A DNA stretch of 64,000 nt, from contig CM120641.1 of the NCBI GenBank assembly GCA_051362555.1, forward strand, positions 44,088,401 through 44,152,400, given 5' to 3'. Source of the DNA: Lingula anatina (Eukaryota; Animalia; Brachiopoda). A model generated the notes under the pieces. It saw nothing but the letters and a program-made list of their open reading frames with translations. It was not told the DNA's origin and ran no database searches. Both the position numbers and the translations under genes were made by a program. Below, piece after piece: positions 25,890 through 40,213 of this stretch (positions within the stretch are counted from its first letter, which is position 1; each line of letters begins with the position of its first letter).

Positions 25890-28800
25890 TTACACCTCTT
25901 CCTTCATTCTTTCCAGCTCACTAAGATATTCTTCTCTTTTCTTTTTCCTCTTTTCATGCTTCTCAGCCAGAATCTGAACTTGTTTCTCGTGTCCAAATCT
26001 TGACCAGGGGTGCTCAGGCTTCTGATACATGGTCCGTTTAAGCCATGGAGTCCACTCCTGTATGAAGGTTTTATAATACTCGTACCACTGGTCATCACAA
26101 AATTTAGGCACTGGCTTGAACTTGGCCTGCTTTCCTGGGGGTAACTCCTGCAAGTGATTGAAATCAGAATAGATTGGTGGGTAGCCAGGGATTACACTTA
26201 ATCACAGCTTACAGTTGTGTGGTAGATTTTGTTTTTTTGGTTTGACTGTTGACATCAATTCATAAAACAAGGCAGCAAAGCTGTCAAATGTACAGACAAA
26301 AAACAGGAAATAACTATGCACAAAATAGGCTACTGTCAATTCTGATGCAAAAGTACATTCCTTAAAATGTGTTTACAGTGTTGCATATATGCTGAAAAGT
26401 GAAAAAACAGCATAACTTCTACAATAATGGCCCGATCATGCTGATTTTCGAACTTGACCTGCGTTTTATGAATATTCATCAGGTGTAAATATTAAGCCAA
26501 AAAGTAAAACTGCCCTCCACTTATCGTGTTTACAATGAAAGTGCACGGCGACAGCGACAGTGACGGCGACTACAGACACAGGTGATGGCAATATGTACAG
26601 ACACATCTGTACATATTTACTGTACTGTTTGAGAACAGTAAGTGACATGGTTTCTCTTAAATGGTCATCATGGGAACACTGCCCAAAATAGGTTTTTTTC
26701 AAATTTTGATGCAACATTACATAATGTTTAACAGCATAATGACCATCAATTTTTAATAATTAAATATAAGTATCATGGATATTCAGAAAATGTGACTAGC
26801 AAAGGTCTTCAGACCCATGGAACTTCAAAGTCACAACTTGAAAATGCCAAAATGTAAACAAGACAGCACTGTTCTGAAATGTTTTTTTTTTTTCATTTTT
26901 AACAATTTTTTTTAACATAAAACAAAATTAACAGGTTACTGCCATTTTTATACGATCAACTGAGAAAATTGATGAGATGGGAAAAATATCAATAGAATAG
27001 TGTTTAATGTCCAATTTCCTCCATTCTAAGATTCTGAACATAGTGAATGATTGAATCTGACAAACTGCAATGATATGAGTTTATTTCCATTTTTGACACT
27101 TTATTACACAATACACGATAACAAGTTTACCATCATTTTTACATAATCAACTAACAATGTTGTAAAGATGCAGGAAATGTCAAACAAACACTTTTACATG
27201 TCTTATTAGTTAAATAATGAAACTGTTAACATGCCTAAGAATTGAATCTGAGGAAATGTGAAACAAGACAGCTCTGTTCTGACATGGGTTTATTTCCATT
27301 TTTAACACTTTTTTTAACATAAAACAAAATAAACAGTTTACTGCAATTTTTATATGATCAACTAAGAAAATTGATGAGATGGGAAAAATATCAATAGAAT
27401 AGTGTTTAATGTCCAATTTAATGTAACAAGTTTACCATCATTTTTACATAATCAACTAACAATATTGTAAAGATGCAGGAAATGTCAAACAAACACTTTT
27501 ACGTATCTTATTAGTTCAGTAATGAGACTGTTAACATTGCCTAAGAGTTGAATCTGAGGCAATGTGAAAAAACAGTTTAACTTCTAAAATAATGCCCCGA
27601 TTATGCTGATTTTCGAACTCAACCTGCATTTTAGTAAGATTGACCACTCCTGTGAGTTTAATGACAATTGGCCCATCTGTTTTTCTTATATTGTGTTTAC
27701 GGTGTTGCATAAATGCTGAAAAATGAAAAAACAGCATAACTACTAAAATAGTGGCCTGATCATGCCGATTTTCGAACTTGACCTGCGTTTTAGTAAGATT
27801 GATTACTTCTGTGAGTTTCATGACAACAGGCCTAACGGTTTGCCTTAAAATGTGTTTACAGGGTTGCATATATGCTGAAAAGTGAAAAAACAGCATAACT
27901 TCTACAATAATGGCCCGATCATGCTGATTTTCGAACTTGACCTGCGTTTTATGAATATTCATCAGCTCTGTAAATATAAAGCCAAAAAGTAAAACTGCCC
28001 TCCACTTATCGTGTTTACAAGGAAAGTGCACGGCGCCGGCGACGGCGACGGCGACGACAGACGCAGGTGATGGCAATATGTACAGACACATCTGTGTCTG
28101 TACATAAAAAGAAGTGATACATATCAATTCACATGTGCCACATTCAACTCACATTTACAATATACTTCTCAACCAAGCAGAAAACCTGACCTGAAAGTTT
28201 AATCTTCTAGCACTTACTTTTATTTTTATGATTCTCTTCGCTTTTGCAATAGAGTCCTCTATGTACATGATAAACTTATCATTTGGTTGTATGTCCAGGG
28301 ACTCCATCTTTTTGAGGAGATCTAGTTTGTACAAGAAGTTGTCTCCAGATTGCTTTGCAAATATGGCAAAAATCACACTATTGGGATAAAAGGCTGCACT
28401 CTGAAAGTGAAAATTAAAGGAGAAAGTAATTTTATCCATCTGATAAGAGACAGACTTATTCTCAGTAACTTGAATTTAAGGACTAGCAGAAATTTACACA
28501 TAACAAGCGTTTGTAGACCTTGCAAACTATCTATATTTCAAATTATTTATCTTGCTAACTTAGAATATAACTTCATTAGGATGGTTTCTTTTACTATGAA
28601 CATAAACTGTATTTTAATTAAAATTGAATTAAAAATTATGTTTAGGGAATTTAAAATTCCAAAAATGATCCATCAATTGAGCTTCTTATATAATTTCAAC
28701 TCAAAAGACTCTTAAGAGGATTAACAGGGTAAGTGAAGAAAAAAAATTACATTCATCCACGTTGGTCAAAGCACTTACATGATTCTGTAAACGGGTATAT

Positions 28801-31800
28801 CGGTATGCAACAAAGACCTAGGTCCGTTTCATAAAAAGTATCACCAACCAATCATTATTTCATACTTACATCCATTGTCTCTAAGAGCTGGTTGGCCAAG
28901 TGTCTGTTTGTACATCCCATTGCCAGGCAACCAAATGTGTTCATATTGGGAAATATACCTTTCTCAGACATCAGCACTAAAACTTCCTAAAAACAAAAAA
29001 GCAAAACTGTAAAGATTGTTACTTAATTTTGTCCAAAGAACAATAAGTCCTGAAGAAAGTTGTCAAAATATTAAGCAAACAAACTGGTGTTTATAGCACT
29101 TGTTAAGCTTACTTGTATTTATTTTTAAATCCTTACAAAACCTCATATGCCAGCCTGTCAACAATCCAATAATACAATTATGAGCAACTTATAAAGTGCT
29201 TTTTTGGATGCCAGCGTTGAACTACCACTAAAACATCACATGTAATTGTAGTAATATTCTAGCAGCAAATAAAAAGCTACTTTTAAAACAAAAATTGCAA
29301 CCCGAGTACCTTTCTTCCAGATTCCCTACCTTGGCATCCTCATAATCTTGCCTCATGTTCCGCCTTCTGATCAGTCTACTATAAAAACCTACATCACCAA
29401 CCACCCCGGTCTTGTCCATTTGCGCCAGCACCTCCACCTCCGCGTCTTTGTTCTGTTCCACGGAGTCCAGCAACTGGGTGAAAAACCTCACGTCTGGTTG
29501 TATTTGATGCATCGCCAGGATTTCCAGGATGCCTGCTGTTCCACCAATCAGAGCCAGCCTGTCACTGGCAGTTGCTATGGGGCCTATGGAAATCACCTGA
29601 TCAAGGGTGTTCATCCTGAGCAAATTTGGTACATGTGTCTCTTGAACCTGAGAGGGCCCTTTTTCCACCAGGGACAGTCTATTCTTGGTTATACCTTCAA
29701 TTTGTTCTAGTTTATTTTCTGGTAGGACGTCTAGTCCACTTTCTGTGGTGGTTAATTCTACAGGAAGATTCACTGATGAATTGACAATCTCCGCCTTCAT
29801 GCTATCTCCATTCTCCGTTTCACTGGATTGATGTTTCTTTGCCTCTTTCTTCTTTTTCTTTTTCATTTCCCTCATTTTTCTCATTTCCATCCTCTTCATG
29901 GTTTGGAGTGTCTCCATCTCATCCTGCTTTTGAATCATGATCTGAGCTTTCCTTCCCGATTCCACCACAGCATTGACATCCTGAACTCCACAGAGTCTGA
30001 CTGCTTCCATTAGAAGGTTGAATATATAGATATCTGGAGGAATCCTCATCTGCTGCATGGTGTGGTACACCTAGATGTGAATAAAAATAGATCAAAAAAA
30101 TAATTGATTTCAACCATTACACTTAAGACTTACGAACAACTAGTCTGACTGGCTGACTGACTGAATGGGTGATTTGCAGATGTAGGGAATATATAATATA
30201 CAGTTAAAGAGCCAAAAAAGGAGAATAACATAACACAGTCTTGGGCATGTTTGCAATCAAATCCTTAATCCTTTGTAGTTTAATCCTTCGAAAAAAGTTT
30301 TTTCCTACCTTGATTGCATGCTGGAACCCTGCAGTTTTGTCTGAAATAGCAGCCATCAGAAGGAAACTGAAAACTTCAACGTCAATCTGGTGACCTGCCC
30401 ATGAAAATATCCAAAGTTAATGATTGCCTTATAATAAACATGTAACATGCAACTAACCACTCAGAAAGCATTATATAATTCTGATCATACCAAATTGATC
30501 CTTTTTGTCTTTCTGTGAAAATGTGAGCAAAAGCTGACAAATGTGCAGACAACCTATATAAGTTTTAATAAACAAAAGAGAAAAAAATGCGTGCACACAC
30601 ACACACACATACACACAACCCTGAAAGGTTTTAGCTCAAACCAATTTACAGCCTGGATGATACAATGCTCAATCAAGTGTCCAAAAACCATTTAAATAAT
30701 AATAATAAACTGAGACTTAAATTTTAGAAAAATTATGGTAAAAATGTAAGCAATAATCCAATTTTGGGCTCATTTTTGGTTTCAGATGTCCCTGGCCTCT
30801 CTATTAGTTCACTGTATCAGCATGTGCCTGCAGTTACTAGAAATGACAGAAGCATACTGTAAGTGGAGAAGTGATTTCAGGGATATAGAAGTGCTCATGT
30901 ATATTGATCTAACTCAACGGGACTCTCACTGAATGCAATCAGTTTAACAGGTTATACACCCCCTCCTGTCATTGAATAGAATTTAGAGAAGCTGGTGATT
31001 ATACGAATATGTTGGAAACAAGAGAAACATTGTAAATCAGTTTAACTAATTGCATTCAGCCACAGTCCCCAGGGAGTTATATCAATCTACATTTGCAGGA
31101 CATTTGTTTTATTGGAAATAAGCCCCAAAACTCTTGGTGCTTATCAAAGGAAGAGAAACAAATTTTACCTTTTTCAGCCATCTCATCCACTAACAAAAAA
31201 GCTGTCTGAATGTCTCCACAAATCCCAAAGGCTTTAATCATGGCTTTGTATGTGATAAATGCCGTCTCTACGCCCTTTAGGAACATCATTTCTCGGAGAT
31301 TCCTGGCTCTACTTAGGCCATCTCGCTTGTCATAGGCATTTGAGCAGGCATTGAAGAGAGAGGTGTAAGTTTTGGGGTGGACATAAGTCATTCCTCTTTT
31401 TTTCATCTGTAAAATGTAATATTATTTAAGATAGAAAAGTTCCCCCTAAATAACAACTGATTAATAAGTGCTTTCAAAGATATAGCTTGAGCACAAGTTT
31501 ATGGATACATGAGTAATTGGAATAATATTTAGCTAAAGAGCAAATTTTTTAAATACACACATTTATATTCAAATGGCTTAACTTGGTTTAAACTGACAGT
31601 GCACACTACAATATAATCAGTAACATCCATTCCTTCAGTTGTTTGGAAGTAAACCATTCTATTTATTGACTCAGTGACTGCATCTGCCATGAGCAATGTG
31701 TAGACCTGTTCATGAAAATATCAGCCTTAGTCTACCTCAGGAAAATTGATTTACCATAACTCAGACCACATAATACATATTGCATTATATCTCTTCAACT

Positions 31801-34463
31801 TCTCAGCTATCCTCCACAGAGACAAACAGCATACCTGATTGAACAGTTTGAATGCCTTCCAAGTGTAGCCAACCTTCCCCAGTCCAGTGATAAGCAATGT
31901 ATATATGTATGTGTCTGGAAGTACACGGTCCTTCTCCAACATGTCTTCCTCAAGCACTGCAAGTGCTTCTTCAATCTGAAATTGAAAGATTTTTTTCAAT
32001 GATAAAAGAAGAGCTAAATGTGGCAGCAGACTTTTTGAATGAGTCAAAGCTAAACATTGCTTAATGTGGTTACACTACACATTGTCAAGTAAATGCTACT
32101 AGAAACTATATGTACTATTTTCAAATCATCTACTGCAAAATAAATACCACCAACAAGTCACCTTCTTCATGTTTATTTTTATATTTATTGTATATATCAT
32201 TTCTCTTCATATTTTGCTTGACATTTGAAATTGTGCAAAAAAGATTTACAAACATACTTTGCCTTCTTCAATTTTTCTCTTGATTTTCATATGGTAGAAA
32301 TGAAGATCATGTTTTCGGTCAAATTGAGACAAACGTCTGAAAGGTTTTTCCTCTTCGGCATGATTTACAATATCTTTGTACCTTAAAAAACAAAGCTTTG
32401 AAGTCAAACGAAAAGTAATATAAGTGACACTTAAGCAGATCTTTATTTTCTTTTCAACTCAACATGTACACTTTCAGAAGAGCTTTAACACTTTTTTAAA
32501 TTTAGGTAATCTCCTACATCATTGTAATTAGGCAAACACAGTAAAATCAACTAATACAATTTATTTAAAAATGTATTTTTTATAAATAAGAGCCAGTTTT
32601 CCAAACATTAAATAAAACACTTCTATCATAGATACCTTGCTGGAATAATTTACGACTCATGTTGGTTTTTATTAAAGATGAATTACTTAATACTGAGGGA
32701 ACATTTATTGCAAGCCAGTCATTCAAAATTTGTGCTCTTCAACTAATGTCACAGTCTATTTTAGATAATATCCAATTTTATATCTCTAAATCTAGTTCTT
32801 TTTACTAAGCCCAAAAATCCAGAACCTTTCTTACTTTTCATTAAAAGTGTACAATTGTCCTTGACCAATGGGAATGCTTTCTTCTGACAAAGTGCCAAAA
32901 GTGTCTTCCCATTCAGGAGAATCTAAAAACACAAAATTCAAATTAGAGACATGTACGATAAAAGAACAGCTGTATACCAGCAATGCAATCAAAAGTCTTC
33001 CTCCCCATTAAAAGCAAGTTTCTGCAATACTCTACTGTAGAGAGGCCACTTCTGTAGGCCAGGTTTTTATTGATAAAATACACAGTATCTAAAGGTAAGC
33101 TATCACAACAAGTTTCAAAATAAGCTTACATTATCACTAGAATCTTTTAAAATTAAGACATTTTTTTTTCTTTTTACAAAAATCAGCCAAAGAATTGAAC
33201 AAAAAAGATGACTTTATTCATATGCTACTAAATAATAAACAATAACCTAAAAAATGGTTTGGTTGAGTGGGAATAAGTGTAAAAGGATGAGCACAATAAA
33301 TAAATAAATAAAGAAAGAAATAAAACAAACTCAAAAAATTATTAATTTACAAACCCTCTTCCTCCCTGGTGTGGTCAGTGTCCACTGACCTTGACCCCCA
33401 GCTATCAGCTTTCTCCACCACGTTATGGTCCACCTCTGGCATGCGTCTCAACTCTTCGTGGTCATCCACTATGACCATTTTCTTCTCTCTGGTCAGTCCT
33501 CTGTACTCTCCTCTATCCTTCAGCATGCCATGGGTCTTCAGGTATGAACGAGATGCCCGAAATGTGGGGTCAAACTGTCCAAAGGATTCCTCATATGTTG
33601 TTCGTTTTTTCTTGGAAAATTTTCGTGGATTTTTAGTATTGTAATTGTCGACTTCAGTTCGCTGAGAAAACTTTCTCCGCCTTTGTTTTGCTGATTTTGG
33701 CAAGTGAAATGCTATCTCTTTAGTTTTTAGATGACCTAAAAATGTCAACCACCTGCCATGTTAAGGTGTTATTTTATCTTTAAAAAATTCCATAACTACA
33801 AGTACATAAAATACAGTTTTAATCACTTTACTTGACAAATATGAAATAGGAAACTAAGACAATTTCACTATAATATGTAACAGATAAGGAAAAGGGTGGA
33901 ACCCCAACGGTTGAAGCTGTCCCCTTTCGGGATCCACTAATGTGTTATTCACTTTAAAATACTGTACCTCTTTCTCTTAGGTGATCTTCAAGATTTTCAC
34001 TTATTTTTCCAAATACAACTTCTTCATCCTCTTCCTGTTTTTTTAGTCTCCTGTCCACAGTGTCCAGTGGTGTCACACCTGAAGGGGCATCTTGTCTATT
34101 AACTCTGATTTTGTATTTACTCATCAGTGACTGATCATCCATTTGACTCTCCTTCTGCAACATTTCTTGCAGCTCAAAGACATCTACTTCATAATCTTGC
34201 TGCCTGTCTGGATTCCTTTTTACTATCTTTTTAGGCTTTTTACCCTTTTGAGAAACTTTCTCAAGATAGTCTTTGATACCATTATCCTCCAGATTAGTAG
34301 ACAGCTTAGCAAACTGGACACTGGTCACACTTATAGACCGTACATTTGGCCAGTGTTTTGAACTATTGATAGTCCTAAGCAGTAGTCCATTCATTTTGTG
34401 CAATGTCCTGCCCTCCACATGGCCCCACCTGTAGGCAACTCTTAAAAGCATGCTCTGGCTCAT
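25890..34463 (-). CDS. PTCD1: Pentatricopeptide repeat-containing protein 1, mitochondrial
   Basis: About 11 coding exons (approx. 34463-33968, 33735-33355, 32922-32835, 32381-32258, 31975-31835, 31406-31169, ~30394-30309, 30071-29330, 28986-28870, ~28400-28190, ~26150-25890). Basic N-terminal mitochondrial-type leader; DTFGTLS motif; PPR motifs (YTLLITGLGKVGYTWKAFKLFNQMKKRG...TYTSLFNAC, TYKAMIKAFG); DRLALIGG...QPD; C-terminal HPWSRF. All match recalled PTCD1 features. Confidence 0.88.
26266..28110 (-). mobile_element. Helentron-associated non-autonomous element (HINE/DINE-1-like) with 159-bp core tandem repeats, partly duplicated, in the last PTCD1 intron
   Basis: Minus-strand 5' end TTTTTATGTACAGACACAGATGTGTCTGTACA (subTIR + IR), then a (GTCGCC)n microsatellite. 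Core repeats at 27608/27767/27926. 3' end TGTCTGTACAT followed by stem-loop GACAGC-TTT-GCTGCC and TTGTTTT. A second 5' end lies at ~26610. Confidence 0.7.
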
Positions 34464-35318
34464 TTTGATTAGCGACAAAATATGTAAACTTTTTTGGTTC
34501 AAATTGTTGAAGCTGAGAATTTCATCACCTTCAAAACACAATAATGTATGAGCCGGCAGAGGTCTAATCCCCCACTTCTATTCTATTCTATCTTCACCAA
34601 GGCGAATCACTTTAAAATATCTTTCTTTCTATGCACAATGGTCAAGTGGAATGGTCTTCCAACAAACCTAAAAACGTGCCCCCACATAAAGTTTAAAAAC
34701 CTGACTTAATTTGCTTCTGAAGTTCTGGTACTACTTGCATACATCTGCATAAAGTGCCATTTCATTGCTTCGAAACTTTAAAGCTGTTCTGTTCAGCAGA
34801 AATCACTTTCCGTCAAAAATGATAAAATATTACCCCAATCCTACATAAAAAGCACGCCTAACCCCGCATTTGTGGGCGCAGCCATCTTAAACCACGTGAT
34901 CCAAGATGCTACCAATCCAGAGCTTAGATCGCATTCAACACAAGTTAATCCGGATACTACATATAAGAGCGTGGATTGTGCGTACAATATTCTACTAAGG
35001 ATACGGTTAGTTCTACAATGGTCCGTGCACAGTCGATCAAAAAGAATGAAGTTATCCACTTGTTGTTGGGGTGCTTTTTTAATGACCATACCACGTACCT
35101 TTAAAGAACGTTTCATCTGTCCTGTGGTCATTGACAACTACATGCTATATAAAATGTTTGGTAATACTTGTACTTCAATTACGTCTAAAGTTGCTAGAAA
35201 CATAGGCCAATGAGCTCATTTTCCCAAGCTAGATTTCCAAAGGAGTGTCCTATGGGAAAGGTGGGGAGTGATCAGGGATGGAAAGTTGTGTAGCACTATA
35301 GTTAGGCCTACTAAAAAA

Positions 35319-35627
<309 letters not shown>

Positions 35628-36634
35628 TTAACTAGTTACGGGAATGTAAATTTACTATGTAGCAGCAGGCAGAAAGGACATACACACTTTTGGTGTACAA
35701 AATGTTTATTTGTGTATTCATAATCTTACAATCATTAAACTCTACATTTTATCTTCTCGTGTCACATTCCATTAGCATATTATATAACACAGATACTCTG
35801 GTTTTTTCACAACTTTGCATTCTAAACAATTCGATCTATAAACATTTCCTTATTTTTCATTTATTTGGTGATGGTGTGATGATTGACCTACGTTCACAAA
35901 TTCTATTTGAATACAGATTTTCCATCATCTCATTATAAAGGAATGACAACTAATACAGATTTTCCATCTTCTCATCATAAATTAAAAGAATGATAACCTA
36001 ATATTTCTTGTTGCTATCTGTTACTTTCTGTTCATTGTACTCTTTGACTCTTTCCTCTGCACTCTCTGGCTTATTGACATGAAGGATCCACATTTTTTTA
36101 CCGTAAAATCATATCATTACATTAACAAAATGATATCAGTCAATTTTCATTACGATAAAAACCTCTTAATCAAATAAATTCGTCCTCAAATTTAACATTA
36201 CAATAGTCAAATGTACATTTTAACATTATATGATTTTCTTTTTCTGCGTTTTATTATTCACTAAGATACTGGCGTATGTCCCATTTTTGCGGCGAAGCGC
36301 ATGTAATGAGTGTTTCAAATCGTTACATGTACCATTTGTTTATCGACTTCACTCAAAAGTCCTAGCGCTTTGTTATACTGGTCTTTGAAATAAAAACATC
36401 AATGTGACAAAAAAAATCAAGCTATAACAACATCCAGCTGCTACAACGAGTTTACTCAGTTCCTTTATTATAAAAATAACACTCCATCACGTTCTGAACC
36501 CCGCGTAAAAGCATCGCCCATCAATGCTACATTTAACGCCAAACTGTATTAATGCTGATTGAAGCAATGATTGTCATTACGATACACGGTATTTTTTCGG
36601 ATTTCTCTTAAAAATCTTAAAGGGAAAATCTTAA

Positions 36635-36972
36635 AGGGATAACAACTGTTCGTATGAGATTCAAAATTCCACAATAAATACATTGGAAACAACAAATAGA
36701 AATATGATAAATTCCATTTTACCACCAAAACGGCGGTCAATGCAAATATTCTGAAATCTGTGCTTCCCATCGGACCTATGAACCTTCATAGATTTCTACC
36801 TTCTGTAAGAATCTCTTAAGATTATAAAAGCACACTTAAAACAACAATCGATTAATTTTGAATGTCAGAACGGATATATTTACCATTGGTAAGTATGGGA
36901 ACACCGTTGTTTACCCCCGGGAAAATCCGTTTTATGGCACTTTTCCCGCCAAAATGAAGTGTTGCTATCCCT
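36635..36972. mobile_element. Kolobok-like MITE (same family as 14737-15068)
   Basis: TTAA-AGGGATAACAAC ... GTTGCTATCCCT-TTAA; internal similarity to 14737-15068. Confidence 0.8.
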
Positions 36973-37499
36973 TTAAATTGCATAAACGATGTTTCTTTGG
37001 CATAGCTTTAAGGCACATAATAATGGAGGGTCAGAGGTTATTTGCAAAATTAATTGGTATACATATAAAAAAAATGAATAAAAATAATGATAAAACTTTC
37101 CTGAAAATTTCAACAAATTTCCTTTACTACCAAAATAGGCATATCCTATCCAAAACTGTTGAGAAAATCACTATTAACCACATTTTGAAATCTTTTAACA
37201 TTCACGTGAGAGAAGAACCAGTCTTCATCTCCATTACAAAATCAGAAACGGGTTTATGTTGTGACTTTGGCAACGGTTCTGGATATGGTGTAATTTGGCG
37301 ATAAAGGAAAACGTTCAGTGATTGACAGGAAAGTGTATTTTTGGCTGTGTAAAGGTCTTATGCGTACTGCATGCCTTAAACAATGTCATCTGCGACAACT
37401 GTGTGAGGTACATCCTTTTTCAATCCTTCTACCCGTTCTTCCACACCTTCTCCAAATATGCGCTGACGTCAGATATAACTACAGCAGTCGTCAAGTTTT

Positions 37500-38364
37500 T
37501 CATTCCACAACTTTCAACGTGGAGTCTGGTTTAGAAATGATTCTCCCCCTCTCACACAAGTCCTTTGTGGTGTCGTACAGGAGACCACGGCAGCAACCCT
37601 TGTTTTCTTTCAGTCTATACTTGTTTCCCGCGCAGCAAGATTCTGTGTTCGCATTCACGACCTCTCCGCCACAGCAAAACGTGTTGTCGTCTATTGCGTG
37701 CACGCCTCCTCCACAGCACATGTGAGTACTGGGGTCGTAACTTTCCTCCCCGCATAGACCACGCGAGGGCGAACCATCACCGCCATCAGTTTGCCAGCGT
37801 CTGCCCCATCCTGGACCCATCATCTCGTCCCAGCCAAAGCGTCGACCCATCATCATTCCCCAGCGTCCACACCCAGGACAACCCCCTCCGTTTCCCATCC
37901 CCCTATGTCCATCCCATCGGTCATGCCAGCGTCCACCGTGACTTCGACCCCAGCCATGGTACATGCCGTGGCCGATGCAGCTAAAAGAGAGAGAGAGGGA
38001 AATATTCTCAGTAGAATGATGTGAAACGGATAATCAAGAGACGTAAACGACGTCTAGATCTGGATATCTCACTATGATTCCCCAACTTAAAACTTCAACA
38101 GTCAATACCTCATTAAATGTGCTTACAAAATTTCACCACCCATATAAATGTGATATGGGGAAATATTAGAAAATGAGAGAGCATGACGAAAATACGACCA
38201 AAATTATTTCATGGATTATTTCACGCCAAAAGTTCATCCCCTTTGTCTTTATTTTTTCCAGGATTTGAACACTCTTTTAATGTAAAATGTATATTAATTA
38301 GCAGTACGTACCCGAAAATGAGCAGCAGCAAAATGGAGACCGTCAGCACCAAGGACCTTGTCAT
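37500..38364 (-). CDS. Secreted galaxin-like dicysteine-repeat protein with G/R/W/H/M-rich N-terminus, ~177 aa
   Basis: Exon 38364-38312 (signal peptide MTRSLVLTVSILLLLIFG, phase 2) joined to 37980-37500. C-terminus LCGEESYDPSTHMCCGG...FCCGG...SCCAG...GCCRGLLYDTTKDLC fits the galaxin-type CC repeat. Confidence 0.82.
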
Positions 38365-40133
38365 TATTACGTTGGAAACGACAGTAATGCAATGAAGCCT
38401 ACTCACTCTCTTTTAGACTCAAACTATGATGCCAAAATAAAGCGGTCACCAGCATAACTAGGAGAAAACGTGCTTTTTAGGGTCAAGGACATTTGTAACA
38501 CGAATAATACGTAAAAGAAACCTGAACTTTGTCGCGTATCGCGGATACGTGTTATTCATCAAGTAAGCGATCAATAAGGACATGCTGTCCAAAAATAGTG
38601 CCTATGTTCTAACGGATTGAGTCATATTTGTTTTTTTTTTCTTTTGTGTGTGTGTGTGTGTGGGGGGGGGGGGGGGGAGGGGGGGAGGGAGAGGGATCAG
38701 TAAGTTTTCTTTCTAATTACAAATTATGCCGTTTACGAGTGTTCTTCAAAGATGAACTTTGCAACGTTGAGAAAAAAAATCCGGATCGATGGAGTAAACA
38801 ATAACAATACTTTGGATGATAACCGAGCATAGAAATTGTTGCAGTGTATTAATCTCGAATCTTAAGTCCCAAATTAAAGTTACCATGGTGATTGATGTTT
38901 GTCCATTTCTTTTTTTTCTTAGACTTTCATCCAGTTTGATAAACTTCGTTTCGATTATTCTTCCACATCATGTTCAAGATATTAAGCCCCTGATTATTGG
39001 CGCAGCTATGTTGCAAATGACTGATCAACGTTTATCGAAATAGAAATTTGACTGTGATTGGCCACCAACTGTGAGGATTTTGAATTGTTCACGACGTCAG
39101 TGTCACTTGATGTCATTCAGTACGATTCATACTTGGCTTTTCTATAATTCGGAATTAATAACAAACATGTAATGGTTGTTTAGTTCTTGCAACAAAAACA
39201 GCTGGATCTTACATTTAAATGATCATAAAAGACTATCAAAATAACTAAAACAAGAAGAAAAGTGCATATGCAGTTGTATAAACTTGCAAAATCAATGCAG
39301 ACCGACGGCGACCAAAACAATTCACCAAAACGTGACTTAACAGGTTGTAAACAAAAGTCTAACCCCTCATTTGTTCATTTTTGCAATTGTTCTGATTAAT
39401 CACGTTTTAATTCAATGCGCACCCAAACGTGTTTACATAGTTCGCTGAAGATGGGTTCAGTTACACAAGAAAAAAAAAAGAACTTAACTAAGCTTAGCTA
39501 AGCATTGTTTTATGATAAATTAGGCGTACTATAATCACTTGCTAAAGGAAATTTTGTTTTATAGACAGTTTGCGTTTTGCAAACTGAAATTAGCAGTTTT
39601 CAAAGCACAGGGTCATAGATTGAAAAAATGCGGGTTGGGTGGGGTACTGAAGGCCTAGTGTTAGACGGATATAATTTTTACCGCTCGTAGTACTCATTTA
39701 GATGAATATGAATAGGAGGACGGGCTAAATTCCCTTTTCTTAATTAGATTAAGGCCGATGTGAAGTATTGTCACGCACGTTATTCCAGATCATTATTCCA
39801 GTCTTTCCAGATCGCCAAACACAACACACCAGAAACTCTGTATCAAAATCAAATAAATAAAACCAGCCTCACGCGTGCACCACGAAAATGGATATTTGAA
39901 CATGGGCTTACCTGTTGGTTAAATACTGTATTAATGGATAAGTCAGCGTCTGCCCAGTCTTGCATACCAAAGCAAGTCATCCCTGCCTAAATTGCCATAA
40001 CCCCTGTGCAAGCGTCACGAGAACCCTTATTAAAAAGGTATTTAACACGACTTGACGATTATGTTATGATTAATGAGTCACGCTGAACGTTATAATAGCA
40101 GTCTGGAGATGCTTCAGATTGTCTGGAATTCTC

Positions 40134-40213
40134 TATAAAAGAAGACGCTAGTTAAGGGTAATCCAGATTTGGAGCTGAAGAAAAGCTGTACCTGATATCC
40201 AGGAGAAAGAAAG
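40134..40213 (+). promoter_or_regulatory. TATA box and probable non-coding first exon of the + strand galaxin-like gene
   Basis: TATAAAA at 40134-40140; strong donor AAG/GTAAGT at 40213/40214; acceptor ttgcag at ~41029 upstream of the ATG; AP-1-type TGAGTCA at 40074-40080. Confidence 0.55.

Noticed and set aside
27531-28127. 198-aa ORF with internal repeats
   Set aside because: Read-through of the 159-bp tandem repeats of a non-autonomous element inside a PTCD1 intron.
28779-28817. Possible 39-nt extra PTCD1 exon with AG/GT boundaries
   Set aside because: The flanking exons join in frame and keep PPR spacing without it; no homology support.
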